In this document: positions 1-11,760 of the stretch, piece by piece
Numbering within the stretch: position 1 is the stretch's first letter
How the letters are laid out: every line of letters starts with the position of its first letter
Assembly: GCA_030704615.1 (NCBI GenBank)
Contig: CM060732.1
Location: 36,890,001 to 36,954,000, forward strand
DNA length: 64,000 bases
Origin: Takakia lepidozioides
Lineage: Eukaryota; Plantae; Bryophyta
Direction of reading: 5' to 3'
Made by a program: the position numbers and the translations under genes
The notes under the pieces: generated by a model
What the model was told of the DNA's origin: nothing
The model's input: only the letters and a program-made list of their open reading frames with translations
The model's database searches: none

Positions 1-199
1 TTCAGGGTCAGCATCATGCACTCTTTTAAGAATGTTTTCTTTACAACCGTCTGGCAATTCCAAGAACCTCTGAAAGAATCGTTTGGACAATCTTTCCTTC
101 TCAGTTTCACAAGGAATTTGATTCACATCAAATTCTTTAATTCTCCAACCACCATGATCCCACCAGATGCTTGTCACATCTGGTTGTTCATGACCCAGT

Positions 200-219
200 T
201 CCCCAGTATGGTCGCCAAA
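200..219 (-). promoter_or_regulatory. Primer binding site (tRNA-Arg-like)
   Basis: Minus strand reads TTTGGCGACCATACTGGGGA right after the LTR end, resembling the TGGCGAC...TGGGGA PBS of Tat/Ogre elements. Confidence 0.65.
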
Positions 220-1208
220 TGTCGCGCGGCTTTTGCTCACCCATCCCTTCGCTATCCGAGGTGGGAACTCCAAGATAGAAGAGTTGGAAATCTCTAAGCA
301 CTCAGCCCGCTCAGAACAATTAGTCATGACCTACCGCTAGTGTATCATGGGGGTGTTTCCTATTTATACTCCTTCCCGCATTCATGTTAGCGAGTTACCT
401 TACTATCTGCAATTAAGTATCAGTTTGCTTCAGAAATCTAACAAGATCCATCCATTCATTCCACAGCTTCACTCAGGTCTCTCCACAGTGTGAGTATGAA
501 GTATGTATCAGATTAATATCAATCAAGTATCAGGCTGAAGCCATGGTGTCTCTATTCTGCTCTACATTACAACTCTACTTCTTGCATTCAGCAAGTATCA
601 ACAGATCGTTCTCCTCCTACTCTGTGCTCTCCCTGTTTCTGCTCAGAGATGCGCTCTCCGCTTCATTTCCAAGTTCTGATCCCCCCCCCCGAAGTCCTTC
701 CAGAAGTCCCCCCCAGAAGTCCCCGTTCTTGACTTTATCCCCCTACAAGCTGTTCTAACCGCTTTCCTGACTAACCGTCATCCCTGTAGTACACGTTCCT
801 TTTGCAGATGTCGTTCCCTCACAGCCGTTCCCTGCCATTGATAACTGTTCCCCAGCTGTGCGAAGCTGTGACTGGCTGTGTAAGGCTGTGGCGGACTGTG
901 ACTGGCTGTGTCGGGCTGTGTAGGGCTGTGCGAAGCTGTGGCGGCTATGTCGAGCTGTGACGGGTTGTGTCGGGCTGTGATTGGCTGTGACGGCTGTGTC
1001 TGGCTGTGGCGGCTGTGTCGACTGTGTCGGACTGTGACGGGCTGTGTTGAACTGTGATGGGCTGTGTTGGCTGTGACGGGCTGTGTAACCCCACCCTAAA
1101 GTGCGCTACTGTCACCCCTAAGGCTCATGTTGGTCTCAGCCCGTGCAAAAATTAAGGGTACCCCACAGATCTCGAAAAAGTGCCTAAGTCCCAGACAGTC
1201 CTCTAACA
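220..1208 (-). mobile_element. 5' LTR of a minus-strand Ty3/gypsy (Tat/Ogre/Athila-like) retrotransposon whose body runs off the left edge
   Basis: TGTCG...CTAACA termini; colinear with 61037-62027; PBS-like sequence directly adjacent at 200-219. Confidence 0.85.
855..1087. repeat. Degenerate (GGCTGTG..)n minisatellite inside the LTR
   Basis: About 20 copies of a GCTGTG core at ~10-bp spacing; the same array occurs at ~61684-61900. Confidence 0.9.
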
Positions 1209-1888
1209 TGACAGGCGGGTAAGTATGTTTTCCACGTTTGCTAGAGTGGTTGCTGCATCATAGGTTGCTAGGGTTTTTTTCAAGGCTTTTGGCCTGGTTT
1301 TCTTTCCAATGGTTGTTCATGCTAGGTTTTTTTTGTTTGATTCATACTTGGGCAAGTTTTCATGGATTGGCAGGAGGGAAGTCTCGCATATTCTACAGTA
1401 GTTGGCAGGATGGATGGCTTGGACAAACTGGTGGAATCACAAGGACGTGACATGGCAGACTTAAAATTACAGATGCAGAGCATGATTGAGTACCGGAAAG
1501 CCATTGTGGCCAGATTGGGGATTAATCTACCAGGCGCAGGACCAGTGACATCTACGATGGATGCGTCTGCTGTGACAGTATCAAATGTTTGGAATCCCAA
1601 TTTCAGACGGCAACTGGTGCTCACTCTAAGCCCTTATGTCTTCCTGTCACTAATGATCGTTTGAATTTGACCGAGCAGCGGCAGGATACAGGGAAGGCCA
1701 GCTATGAGGTACACGTGGAAATTCAGCCCTTGCCACGTACAAAGGCAGTAGCAGTCCAGGGGGCAATGGTGACAGAGCCGCCGGATACACCGGATTCTGG
1801 TATGTAGGTATGTGGGAGTTTAAATGGGGAGGAAGATGCAGACGGGGACAAAACAAACAAGCAGGTTGCTTTAATTTCTTCTGCTCAC

Positions 1889-2554
1889 ATGTTGAAGCCA
1901 AATGACAATTTACTTCCTGGACCAGCGAGGAAGCATTTACTAATTCTGGACTTAAATGGTCTGTTATGTGAATCTTTTCATTCTGCTAATGGGCCTGCAT
2001 CCCTTCCCAAAGGTTTTGTGGGGAAGATGTGTGGCAAGAAGATGGTAGTTTTGAGACCACGCTGTTATGACTTTTTGCAAAAGTGTTTTGAACACTTTGA
2101 GGTGGCGGTGTGGTCTTGTTGCCAAGCTCGCAACTTCTTCCCAATGGTAATCTATATTTTTGCAGCCCACACTAAGCTAGTTTTCCAGTGGGATGCCCTT
2201 CACTGTGACGAGGATCCAGTCCTCCCATGCCGTTAGGGGTCTGATTCAAAGCCATTATATTTCAAGAACTTGTCTAGAGTGTGGGCAGACTGGCCAGAAT
2301 GGACTTATGAGGACACTGTTCTTGTTGACGACACACCAAGAAAGGCGGCAAACAATCCTCCCTTCAGTGGGATTTTTCCAGAGCCATGGAAAGTGCAACC
2401 AAATTCACCAACTTATGAGTATCTAACAGAGGTGTTGTGGCCTTTCTTGTGGAAGGCATCGAAAGCTGCCAGTATTCCCAAGTTTTTGGAGTCTCAGCCT
2501 GTTTTCGGACAACAACCATACAACACTGCTACTGTGAAGGTACAAACATTTTGA
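1889..2554 (+). pseudogene. FCP1/NIF-type HAD phosphatase domain, frameshifted near 2235
   Basis: Motifs LLILDLNGLL, LRP..YDFL..CFEHFEVAVWS, LSRVW and TVLVDDTPRKA..NPP across ORFs 1889-2236 and 2270-2554. Confidence 0.8.
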
Positions 2555-3002
2555 CAGTGCTCCAGAGGCTACAATTTTGTGGGTTCATTCATTGCATTGC
2601 TTTCCTGGATGCTTCTCCTCGGTTGCTTGATTAATGCTAGATTTTCTTTGCAGGTTTTCATGTTGGCTTTTTTGTTTGATTCATACTTAGATTTTGTTTC
2701 TATTCACTATTCATGTTTGCTCATTGCTTTCCTGGTTGTTCTCTGGTCTGTGACACAGGAACTTGTGACAAACAAAGGTGATATTGTCGACAAGCCAGTA
2801 CAGACCAGGGGCAAGAGTGTCGACCCGGCGAGTAGCCCCCCAAAAGAGGTCTCACAACCACTCGAGACTGCAAATGGAGTAAGTCCAGGCCGTTGTCTTG
2901 TTTGTTTTATTTTTTCCAACCTTGGGGCTCTCTTTAATTCGCAAATGTTGAGTGTCCTAGTCGTGTGTATGTCATGGGTTTTCACATCGTGTTCTTTTTT
3001 GT

Positions 3003-3302
3003 GTGGAGTTGGGATCACAGTTCAGGGTGGGTGACGAGGTTCGGCTGTTGGATGTGAACTCCAAACGCAAGAAATGTGGAGTAGGGCTGATTGTTGCTCT
3101 TCAAGGTGCTGTGGTGGGTTACGGGTACCCTGCTGTGCCCCTTGATTATGCCTGTGTGTACATCAAAGAGGCATGTGTCAGTAACACCCCTCTACCATAT
3201 GTGAATGGTGTTAGGAAACATACCGAATTGGGGCAGGTGGTTGGCCAGACAACACTTTGGAGTCTAAAGTTACTGAAACTTATGGAGCTACGGAATGGAT
3301 AG
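3003..3302 (+). CDS. Tnp1/En/Spm-like transposase-associated domain (terminal exon)
   Basis: VGDEVRLLD...GVG.I...VP.DYACVYI......PLPY.......LGQVVGQTTLW matches the typical CACTA TnpA C-terminal pattern. Confidence 0.65.
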   Translation: MELGSQFRVGDEVRLLDVNSKRKKCGVGLIVALQGAVVGYGYPAVPLDYACVYIKEACVSNTPLPYVNGVRKHTELGQVVGQTTLWSLKLLKLMELRNG

Positions 3303-5034
3303 TCAGTATTGCACTGTTTAACAGAGTTCTTGATTCTAATAGCACCAGAACATACTAGCTACAACAATTCAGCCTATGTGTGGGCTTACTTGTTTTTTGC
3401 TGGGCCTTTTGAGGCATGGATTTTTTGACCTTGTGGCTTTTGAGGTGTCCATTGGGACATTGGTCTCATTTGGATTTTTGTAATGTGATTTATAGGGCTT
3501 GTATTGCCCTATAGTTGACTATTTTCATTCTCCTTGTGGTTGATAGTATGCAGGAGGGATCCATTCTGTTTTCATGTTGGAATTTCACCATGTAATGAAG
3601 ATTTAAATCATTTAATGCACTTTTATTTTAAATAATATTATTAAAAATAATACCATTTAATAAATTTTTCCAAGGTTGCAATCTCCCTGTTCTTTTAAAT
3701 ATTAAATGAAAACTAAAAATTAAAATATAAACTATTTCGGAAAACAATCTTGATGACACGTGGCATCACACCTGCTCAAACTAGAACACGTGGCAGTATA
3801 TGACACGACATTCTTTATCCATATTTTCACCACGTGTAAAGATCCGTAGTCATATATGCTAGTCATATATTTTGTCTGTGTGCCACATGTCACATCTCAA
3901 GTGCAACAGGTGTCCCGCTAACAACTCTCCATGTAGACATCCTTGTAGTCATATGAGCGAGTCATGTAGTCACCACGTGTGAAATCTGCACACGTGTCCC
4001 GCTAGCGCCTCTCCATGTAGGCATCACTGTGCAGACATGTAGTCATATAATCATGGCAAGAAGTCGTGACATGTCAAATTCGCAGTGGCGCACGTGTCCA
4101 TTCGTCGCCTCTCCATGTAGGCATCACTTTGCAGATATATAGTCATATGATCCCCTAACGAATGCATGACATGTTGCTTGCGCAGTGGCGCACGTGTCCC
4201 GCTGAAGCCTTTCCATGTAGGCAGCGCTCAACAGACAATGTAGTCATATATTAGTCATATAGTTGTGACTGCAACCCTCTCTGCAGTAGGACTCCAGGTG
4301 CCACGCAAGCAGTCACGGATATGATTTGCAAAACGCAGTCCTAAAGACTAGTCGCTATGACAGGGTTTTTTTCACTACAGAGTGATATAGTCATGAACGC
4401 ATATAAGACTGAAAAAATAGTCATATGTAAAGTCATAAAAACGCTCATCTGTTGTAGTAACACTAGTGTGGATTATGCCACATTGGTAGGGCAAAGTTTG
4501 TTATGTTTATATACAATCAAACCACTTATGTTGTGCATGTATATGTAATAGGTGTGTTGTTAGTGTATAGTGACTTAGTGATATTATAATGAGGAGGTCT
4601 TAGGTTCAAGTGGGCGGTCAACCGTTGACTTGGATAGGGCGGAGTTAACGGTCAACGGTCAACGCATATTTCAAATTTTGAATTTTTGAACCACCAAAAT
4701 TTGAATTTGAGTTTTAAATTTTAAATTCGCCACATTGTCAAGCAGGGTGTAAGGTAAGCCGTCAAAAAATCCAATCGAAATGAATGTAAGAAAAGCCAGT
4801 CAAAACGGGTGTAAAAAAACCCATGTCAAAAAAAGCCAGACAGGCCGGGCGCCACGTCGGGGTGTAAATGGGTGTAAGATGGCTTTTTCGACACCACTGG
4901 CTTTTTCTACATGGTGGCGGAATCAACACGGTTTACCTTACACCCAGGGGGGTGTGAACAGGTGGCTTTTTCTATACCTGTAGGTGTAAAAAAATGTGTA
5001 AAAAAAACCAGTTTCTCTTGTAGTATAAAAACCA

Positions 5035-5284
5035 AGCCAGAAGGAGCGAAGTGAATGGCTTCCCATTGAAGCAATGCGATTTTATGATCGGAGTTTTTCT
5101 CATGATCACGAACAACAGACTTTTGCATGCTCTTATAGCCTGCTCCACGACCCCATGGCGAATTGATACAAAACTCCTCACAAACAGCACATTTCATTAA
5201 ACCGGTAGATGATCCACATGGTGGTTTGAAGTGCATAAGTCATTTCCTCCCAATTTTCCATGAAGCTTTGAATCTTCGGTTATA
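5035..5284 (-). pseudogene. hAT-like (ZNF862/C17orf113-type) zinc-finger fragment
   Basis: CAVC...W..G...MQKS...HE...H..A in ORF 4907-5236; cut off by the LTR at 5285. Confidence 0.55.
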
Positions 5285-6180
5285 GGTCATACCTTGGGAA
5301 CCACGAGCTTCGGAAGATAGAAGTTGATAAACATCTACAGAGTTGGAGAAATATTCATCTTATTAGTTTGGCTTTCTGATAAAGCCTCGGGCGAAGAAGG
5401 TCGTGATGAAATCTGCAAAACAACGATTTTCTAACATCAATTTACCCGGTCATAACCCCTTACGAAGCATATCAATAATTTCACATGATCAAAGAAAGCC
5501 AAAGCCTAAGTTAGGTCAAATAATGCCAGTAGCTGAACTGAAGATACCTGTCACGGACATAGCCCAGAGGAACTTATCAGGAGTAAATACCAGAAGTTAC
5601 CAAGTTACCATGTTACCAAAAATTACCATGACTTATCGTGATTTACCATGATCTACCATGATTTACCATTACTTACCAAGTTATCGGGAGTTTACAAAAT
5701 TACCAAGAGTAACTTGGGAAACTACTCAGGAAGCTTCATTTGGAGAAAACTTTTCCATCAAGATACCTCATTTGTTTAAGGAAGCTTCTCCATCAAGAAA
5801 CCTTTGTTTAATCTTGGAAACTTCTCCAGCAAGAAACCTGCATAGGGGAAGCTTCTTGGGGACGCTTCTTAGTAGCCAGTATATATAGGAGGCGAGACTG
5901 GACACTCTTCAGTCTCGCCAACACCAGTTCAAGCTACTATTGTTTCCAATTCCCAGTACTCTAGCCCAGTTTCCAATATCTGGTACTCCAGTCCAGTTTC
6001 CAGCATTCCAGTATTCAAGTCGTGTTCTAATATCTTGTACTCTTGTTCATTGTTATAAAGATCGTCTTGATTTCTATTTACTCATCGTGCATTCGGCCAC
6101 GCCGACCTTGACTTCTTGTCTAGTCTTGTATCTCTAGTCTGATCTCTTGTTTGTGTTCAGTCATGTTCTCGTCCTTGACA
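5285..6180 (+). mobile_element. 5' LTR of a chromovirus-like (Tcn1/Tf1-type) gypsy element
   Basis: GGTCA (for TGTCA)...TGACA termini, TATATATA near 5880, PBS at 6183-6197, gag immediately after. Confidence 0.75.
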
Positions 6181-6218
6181 GTTTGGCGAGACTGAAGTTT
6201 GTTCCTTAGTTAGTTAAG

Positions 6219-6570
6219 ATGGAAGGCATATTTGCGGAAATGGTCGCCACATTGCAGAGTCTTCAGCTTCAGATGCAAGAACTTCGTGCCTCTACTGCCC
6301 AACTACAAGCTGATCAGTCTCAAGACCTTGGCAATGCTCTCAACAATTTGCAACAACAAATTTCAGAGTTGAAGGAGTCGAACAATGGATCTTCAACCTT
6401 ACGAGTCCCTACTACAACAAATCCCACTGCAACGGTTCCTCCAAATCTTCAACAGATTACAAGGGAACCAAAGGTCAGCATGCCCGAGAAATTTGATGGG
6501 GACGAGATCAAGATTTTGCGGTTTTGTTCAACAAGTACGATTGTTCGTACGACTACATCCACAACGCTGA
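6219..6570 (+). pseudogene. Truncated gypsy gag N-terminus
   Basis: Coiled coil, then REPKVSMPEKFDG; after a frameshift, RSRFCGFVQQVRLFVRLHPQR; truncated at ~6570. Confidence 0.8.
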
Positions 6571-7595
6571 AGATGATTCAGAGGGAATCCCTCTAAGGTG
6601 ATCATTTGTCCTCTGCAGATCATCTTGGTGGTTAATATCTATCAAATGTTGGTCCAATAGCCTAGAGAGAAGGGTAAAGGCATTTGATAGCACATCATTT
6701 GCCCTGATGTGGGCTGGCTGCATGCCCCAAGGTTTCCCCAAGGAGCAGTCCTCCCTGATCCACCAAGACCTGCCTGGGGGGGTGTGGTAGATGTTTGCAT
6801 CCTCCATTAGAGCCAACACCTGGGTGTTAGGCCTGCAGTTCAAATAAGGGTGTTCTTCCACATACGCCCCCAGGTGATGGACGAGGATGGAGAAATGAGA
6901 TAGCATGGTAGATGATTGGCAAAAAAATCCTGTATTTTAGCCATGAGCATGCACTGAGGGCTACTGTTGGGGGGACACTTTTCAATGAAACTTAACACGT
7001 CCTGATTGGTGCTCCACAGAGATTCCAGATCATGCCTATCTTCAGATGTAATGAGAATTGAGGCCGGGGGGCCTATTTTGAAGACGATGGGGGTAACACA
7101 AGAGGCTTTGGGAGCCTCGTTGGTGGACAAGGCTGAGCATCCTGGCAGCACCAGGTCTTGGAATGATTGAATGGATTTTAGAACAATGGCCACCATCGGA
7201 CTGCCTGCAATCGCTGAAGGAGAGAGCTTCATAGCTGGGTCGCCTCTTGGGAGGAAGGAGCTGCGGGAGGTGGAGGGGGATTGGAGGCCTGCGCTGTGAC
7301 GAGAGGGGGATCCTTATGGGCGAAAGGAGGGGCAGACAGTGAGCAACTAGCCTCTAGATGCATAGGATCCAAGGGGTCTTTTTGTTTTTTTGGCAATGTG
7401 TACTGGACTAAACTGCAGAAGATCAGCAGATAGAGATGGGGTTGGAGACAGCAGAGAGTGCGAGGGGAAGGGGGGTTTAGATGGAAGAGGAAGGGGGGGG
7501 CGGAGAGAGAGAGGTAGGATGGAACTGAGAAGAGGCGTGTGGGTTAGCCGCAGGCCCTACAACTGGGGACCTTTTCCTCTTACTGAAAGAGCATT

Positions 7596-8666
7596 TTACC
7601 TTAATGTGTCCATGTTTCCCACAGCCAAAGATGCTGAGTAAGATGCATCTTCAATCAGCCGAATTGTGAAGTAGTTCCCTTCGATATCGATTGGCAGTCG
7701 CACATAGTCCGGCAGCACTGCTTCATAAGGCATCATCAGCACCATTTTAGGACAACCATCTTCATTCATATTTGTTCCGATGGTGGCCGATTTCCATGAT
7801 GGCATTTTCCTGAGGACATCAGTGTTCATGAGAGCATCAAATACCCCTAGACAGCCCAAGTACTCTCCAAAATGGTTTGCAATGTCTGGTAGATTTGCAA
7901 GATACTGATCTGGGATAAAAGGAATAGAAACAACTCTAGGTCCCCACAACTTGTCGTTCTTGTTGCCCAGCTTAGACGACCAAGGGAAGATATTTACGTT
8001 AAAACCTTTCTGATGCGGGTTGAATTGCAGGGCCTTAGCTGCCGCAACCGCCGATTCAAACATCACTGAAAAGAAACCCCGTCCTTTGGCAATGCAGAAG
8101 TGATGGGTAAGCTCACCCGGGCCCCCAAGATAGCGGATCGCCCAGTCCCTCACGTAGGATCTCTTGACCTTTCTGCCCGGAAAGTTTAGTAAGATACCAG
8201 AATTCTCCATACCTGGGATTCTGATGTGCAGATCTTGTATATCCATCTTGATAAGGGGAAAGACATTGCTCATTGCTCGCTGCTCCTCCAGGGGGTCAGT
8301 GAAAAACTCCTCTTCTTCTGGTACTGGAGGGGAGAGGCACTGCTCCAGGATGTGCGGGGGCCTTGCCTCACTGATGTGGACTTTCGGGGGCAGATCCGTC
8401 GAAGTTGGCGGGATTTGCTTAGGCCTGTAAATTTGCCTTGAGCTGGCCGATCTTTCCTGGTGGGCCCAGTAGAAGCCCCGACTTGAGCTTGGCTGGGACC
8501 CATTAGGCGGGTGCCTGCGAGTGACCCGACTGGCGACGCAGCCAGTCTGAGGACTTGGAGCGATGGAACATGGAATTCGGCGCCATGGCACGCAGCACAG
8601 AGAGAGGTGCCGGGGAAGGATCAGGGACTCTAAGAGAGGTAATAACGACTGAACTGCAAACAACAT
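7596..8666 (-). CDS. LINE (L1-like) ORF1 with DUF4283-like domain; decayed continuation to ~6570
   Basis: VRDWA...KGRGFFSVMFES..AA..AL....FNVNIFPWS, then L..IANHFGEYL; GA-rich leader at 8720-8780. Confidence 0.6.
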   Translation of the reverse strand: MLFAVQSLLPLLESLILPRHLSLCCVPWRRIPCSIAPSPQTGCVASRVTRRHPPNGSQPSSSRGFYWAHQERSASSRQIYRPKQIPPTSTDLPPKVHISEARPPHILEQCLSPPVPEEEEFFTDPLEEQRAMSNVFPLIKMDIQDLHIRIPGMENSGILLNFPGRKVKRSYVRDWAIRYLGGPGELTHHFCIAKGRGFFSVMFESAVAAAKALQFNPHQKGFNVNIFPWSSKLGNKNDKLWGPRVVSIPFIPDQYLANLPDIANHFGEYLGCLGVFDALMNTDVLRKMPSWKSATIGTNMNEDGCPKMVLMMPYEAVLPDYVRLPIDIEGNYFTIRLIEDASYSASLAVGNMDTLR

Positions 8667-9509
8667 GTGTTTAAAGCTTGGACTCCATTTGCTTCCGGGG
8701 AGGCCTTGCTTCAGCTAACGATCGGTAGAGAGAGACCACATGTGAGAGACGAAGCGACCGTTGGGCCTCACTCTCACTGCCAACTTTTGAACTGTTAGTT
8801 AGTTCATTATATGTTATACAAACTCAAAAAATCCTCAATTGGATGAGATGAAATGACAACACCGATTAATCTATCTAAACAACAAATATTTTATGCTTTG
8901 GCAAAAATCACAACAAATCAAACAACAACTGAATGTGCATTGTGCCTAGTGTCTAGTCTCTAAATATTTTGAGTTTCAAAATATGAAATTAGATTGGTTG
9001 AGATAAGTTGACACTTTTTCTTTCCAGTCTACAAATATTTTGGGCTTTGGGAAAAATCACAACCATTCAAACTTACTACATATAAGTCAATGTTGAATGG
9101 TTAGTTCATTTAATGTATGTAACATTATATATCATGTCCCTTTAGAAGGGCAATGTCATTGCACTTATACTAGAAGAAGTGGTTCTTATTTATGCTAGTA
9201 GCCTTGTCCGAAGTCTTCTCTCTATATCCACATGATGGCCCTTAATATATGTATAAAGTGGATAAAGTGGTGACTCACCCAAAGTTCATATATGAACTAT
9301 TTCTCCAAACAAGTATTATTGCTTGTTGGGGTGGTTTCTATTAAAATACATTATATATCAGCTTAGCTAAGAGAAGTAGCTCCGACCAAATCCAACATAA
9401 ACAAAAATCATTTTTCCAACATGCTAATTAGGGTTGGTGGTAGGTTTAATTAACTTTTATAAAGACAACAATGAAAGTAACTCAACCAGCTCTAGATTCT
9501 GCACAACCA

Positions 9510-10690
9510 TGAATCAGACAATAGCACATACTAAATCTTTACTACAGGACACCGGCCAACTTGGCTCTAATTGAAGATTAAATTGGAGATGAAGGCAGAA
9601 AATTGAGGCAAGATCAGTTGGGACCATGGCTAATGCGCACAAAAGTAGATGTGGGGACATTGTCTCCACAGGCAAATGGGTCTCTGTCCGTAATGAAATG
9701 AACATCATGCCCAACAATTGCATTCTAATCAACATGCTTCAAGACCATGAATAACTTGTCCCTATACCTATATTTAACAACTTTCAAAATCTTGAGGCTG
9801 AGCCTAAAGCCCTGGCTTCTTGGTTTTTAATTGTTGGGTAGCTCACACACAACAAATAGATGTTTGTGTGAAGGGCTTTCTAGATTGTCTCTATCAAGAT
9901 GTGCTTCTACTGGAGTGAGCCTCACAAAGGTAGTATCTGCCCTCTTTTGTTCCGCCTAAACTGGGCGTCGGGGTCTATGGCCACAACTATCCAAAACCAC
10001 AACAATATTTGGAAGCCCTTAGTTACTCAATCCCTTGACAGACTGACTAGGATAATATGGTTTGTCATTGGGGTTACTTGTATGTGGGCATATGGTGCCA
10101 AAAAAGTCTACCTGTAACTTGTCTCATCTCAAACTTGAAACAAAAATTTTATGAACTCGAGAGTCAAACTCGAACTCCATATCAACAACCTTATGAACTA
10201 GAGTAATGTGAGGAAACCTCTCCAGCCAAACTGGAGTGTTAGAACAAACTATATCCATTAAGTCACTAGGACTTGAGGCAAGATCGAGCTCCCAAGATGT
10301 TGTAGGCACACCTGGACTGTCATTGACATGCATCCAATGTGTATGTATCCCATGAGCGAATCTCCCTGTGACATGCTTGGATGGAATCCAATAAGATAAT
10401 GCATCGTATTGTGCCTTGAACAAGATTTTGAAACCACTCATTTTTACCGGTACCAATTTCAAAAATTTACTATGAATTACCACCAGCTCGTAATCATATT
10501 TACATCATCAACCACCTCTTGAGGCTGCCATATATCCCAGTTTTTGTAAAGAGCAAAGATGTCCACATTTCCCAATGAAGTAGCCCTTGCAAAGTGACAT
10601 CTATACATGAAGGAAGGTGGTTTGTTTGGTTTTGTTTGTTTGTCATGTTGAGATCTCCCAAACCACGGGGCCTCCGTCCACAATGTTGAA
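9510..10690 (-). pseudogene. Heavily decayed coding remnant, possibly a Mutator-like transposase N-terminus
   Basis: Chain of broken minus-strand ORFs; YCCGFG and RG....CEAH-like pieces. Confidence 0.3.
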
Positions 10691-11008
10691 ACTGTTGAAA
10701 AGCCCTTAATGAGTTGGGGTGCTCCGAATTAGTTTCATAATTTTCGGATCCAACGGGAGGGACATAATGATTTTCAAATAATTTCCGTCGCTGAAAATAA
10801 TTTAAAATACTAGATTTAAAGATAATTGATCTCTTAGGGCTTTGGTTGTGTTCCTCCTTTTCGAGAAATTTTCATGAGGATGAAGACGCGATCCTAGGGT
10901 AATTTGGGTTAAAGAATCTGTATTTTGAGTCATTTTGAACAAAAATAAAATAAAATAGACCATCCATGAGTCTCTTACGGGGAACATTTGGGCCAACGGC
11001 ACAGGTCA

Positions 11009-11760
11009 CGTTACGAATAAAAGTAGGTAGACATTTTTGGTTGAAATAAAGGACCAATAAATCTACGCTCGGTCTCCAAGATTAGAAGAATGGATGAATT
11101 CATTTTATTTGGGCTAGTGTGAAGTGGTGTAGTAGTTTCTGAAGTGGTTTTCAGACGTTGCAATTGTATTATGACTTGGGACACAGTGTGAACAGGGTCT
11201 TACTTCTAGAAAGTTCATATCGAGAAGCCACAGTACGAGCCTAGCCAAGTCTGGAACGTTCCATTTGTGTCTTCTCTTACAATAATCTGTATAGCTCTCC
11301 ACACTCTTCTATCGCCCTATAGTTGTCTCATCCCCTGCATCAATTCACCGCTCTTCTACGCTATCATACACTCTTCAACTCTTCACAATTGATTTCAGAC
11401 GTCTTACCTAATTAGTCTTTTAGCAAGCGACATTGGTGTATTGCTTCATCTCTTGCAATTGTAATTAGAGGCGTTGTACTACGCGGATTTTTGTATGTTT
11501 CGAGTATGTTTCCTTTCTCTTCTTAGTTTGTATCTGTAATCGAGGATGTAATCTTGTACTCTGTCGAGTATGGTTAGCACTATAACGCTCCGATAAAGTG
11601 ACGTTGGTGTTTTGCTGAGTACTCAGTATGTTAGTGATAAACAAAACATTACTTACAAATATTTCATCTGTTTAGTACCGCATACATTGTTGAATTTTGC
11701 AAAGCAAGTGGATGCCACTTCTCCTCTACAGTTTTGGAGTGGCCCGAACATTTCGTAGCA
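11009..11760. mobile_element. Possible solo LTR
   Basis: Imperfect inverted termini CGTTACGAA...TTCGTAGCA; TATA-like site followed by a CT-rich tract; no matching TSD. Confidence 0.3.

Larger units (their letters stand above)
1209..4459 (+). mobile_element. 3' part of a CACTA/EnSpm-like DNA transposon
   Basis: Tnp1-like exon; subterminal repeats TAGTCATAT and CACGTG at 3750-4440; TCTGTTGTAGTA at 4448-4459 resembles a ...TAGTG TIR with one change. Confidence 0.65.

Noticed and set aside
9181-9198. 17/18-nt match to 29375-29392
   Set aside because: Expected by chance in AT-rich 64 kb
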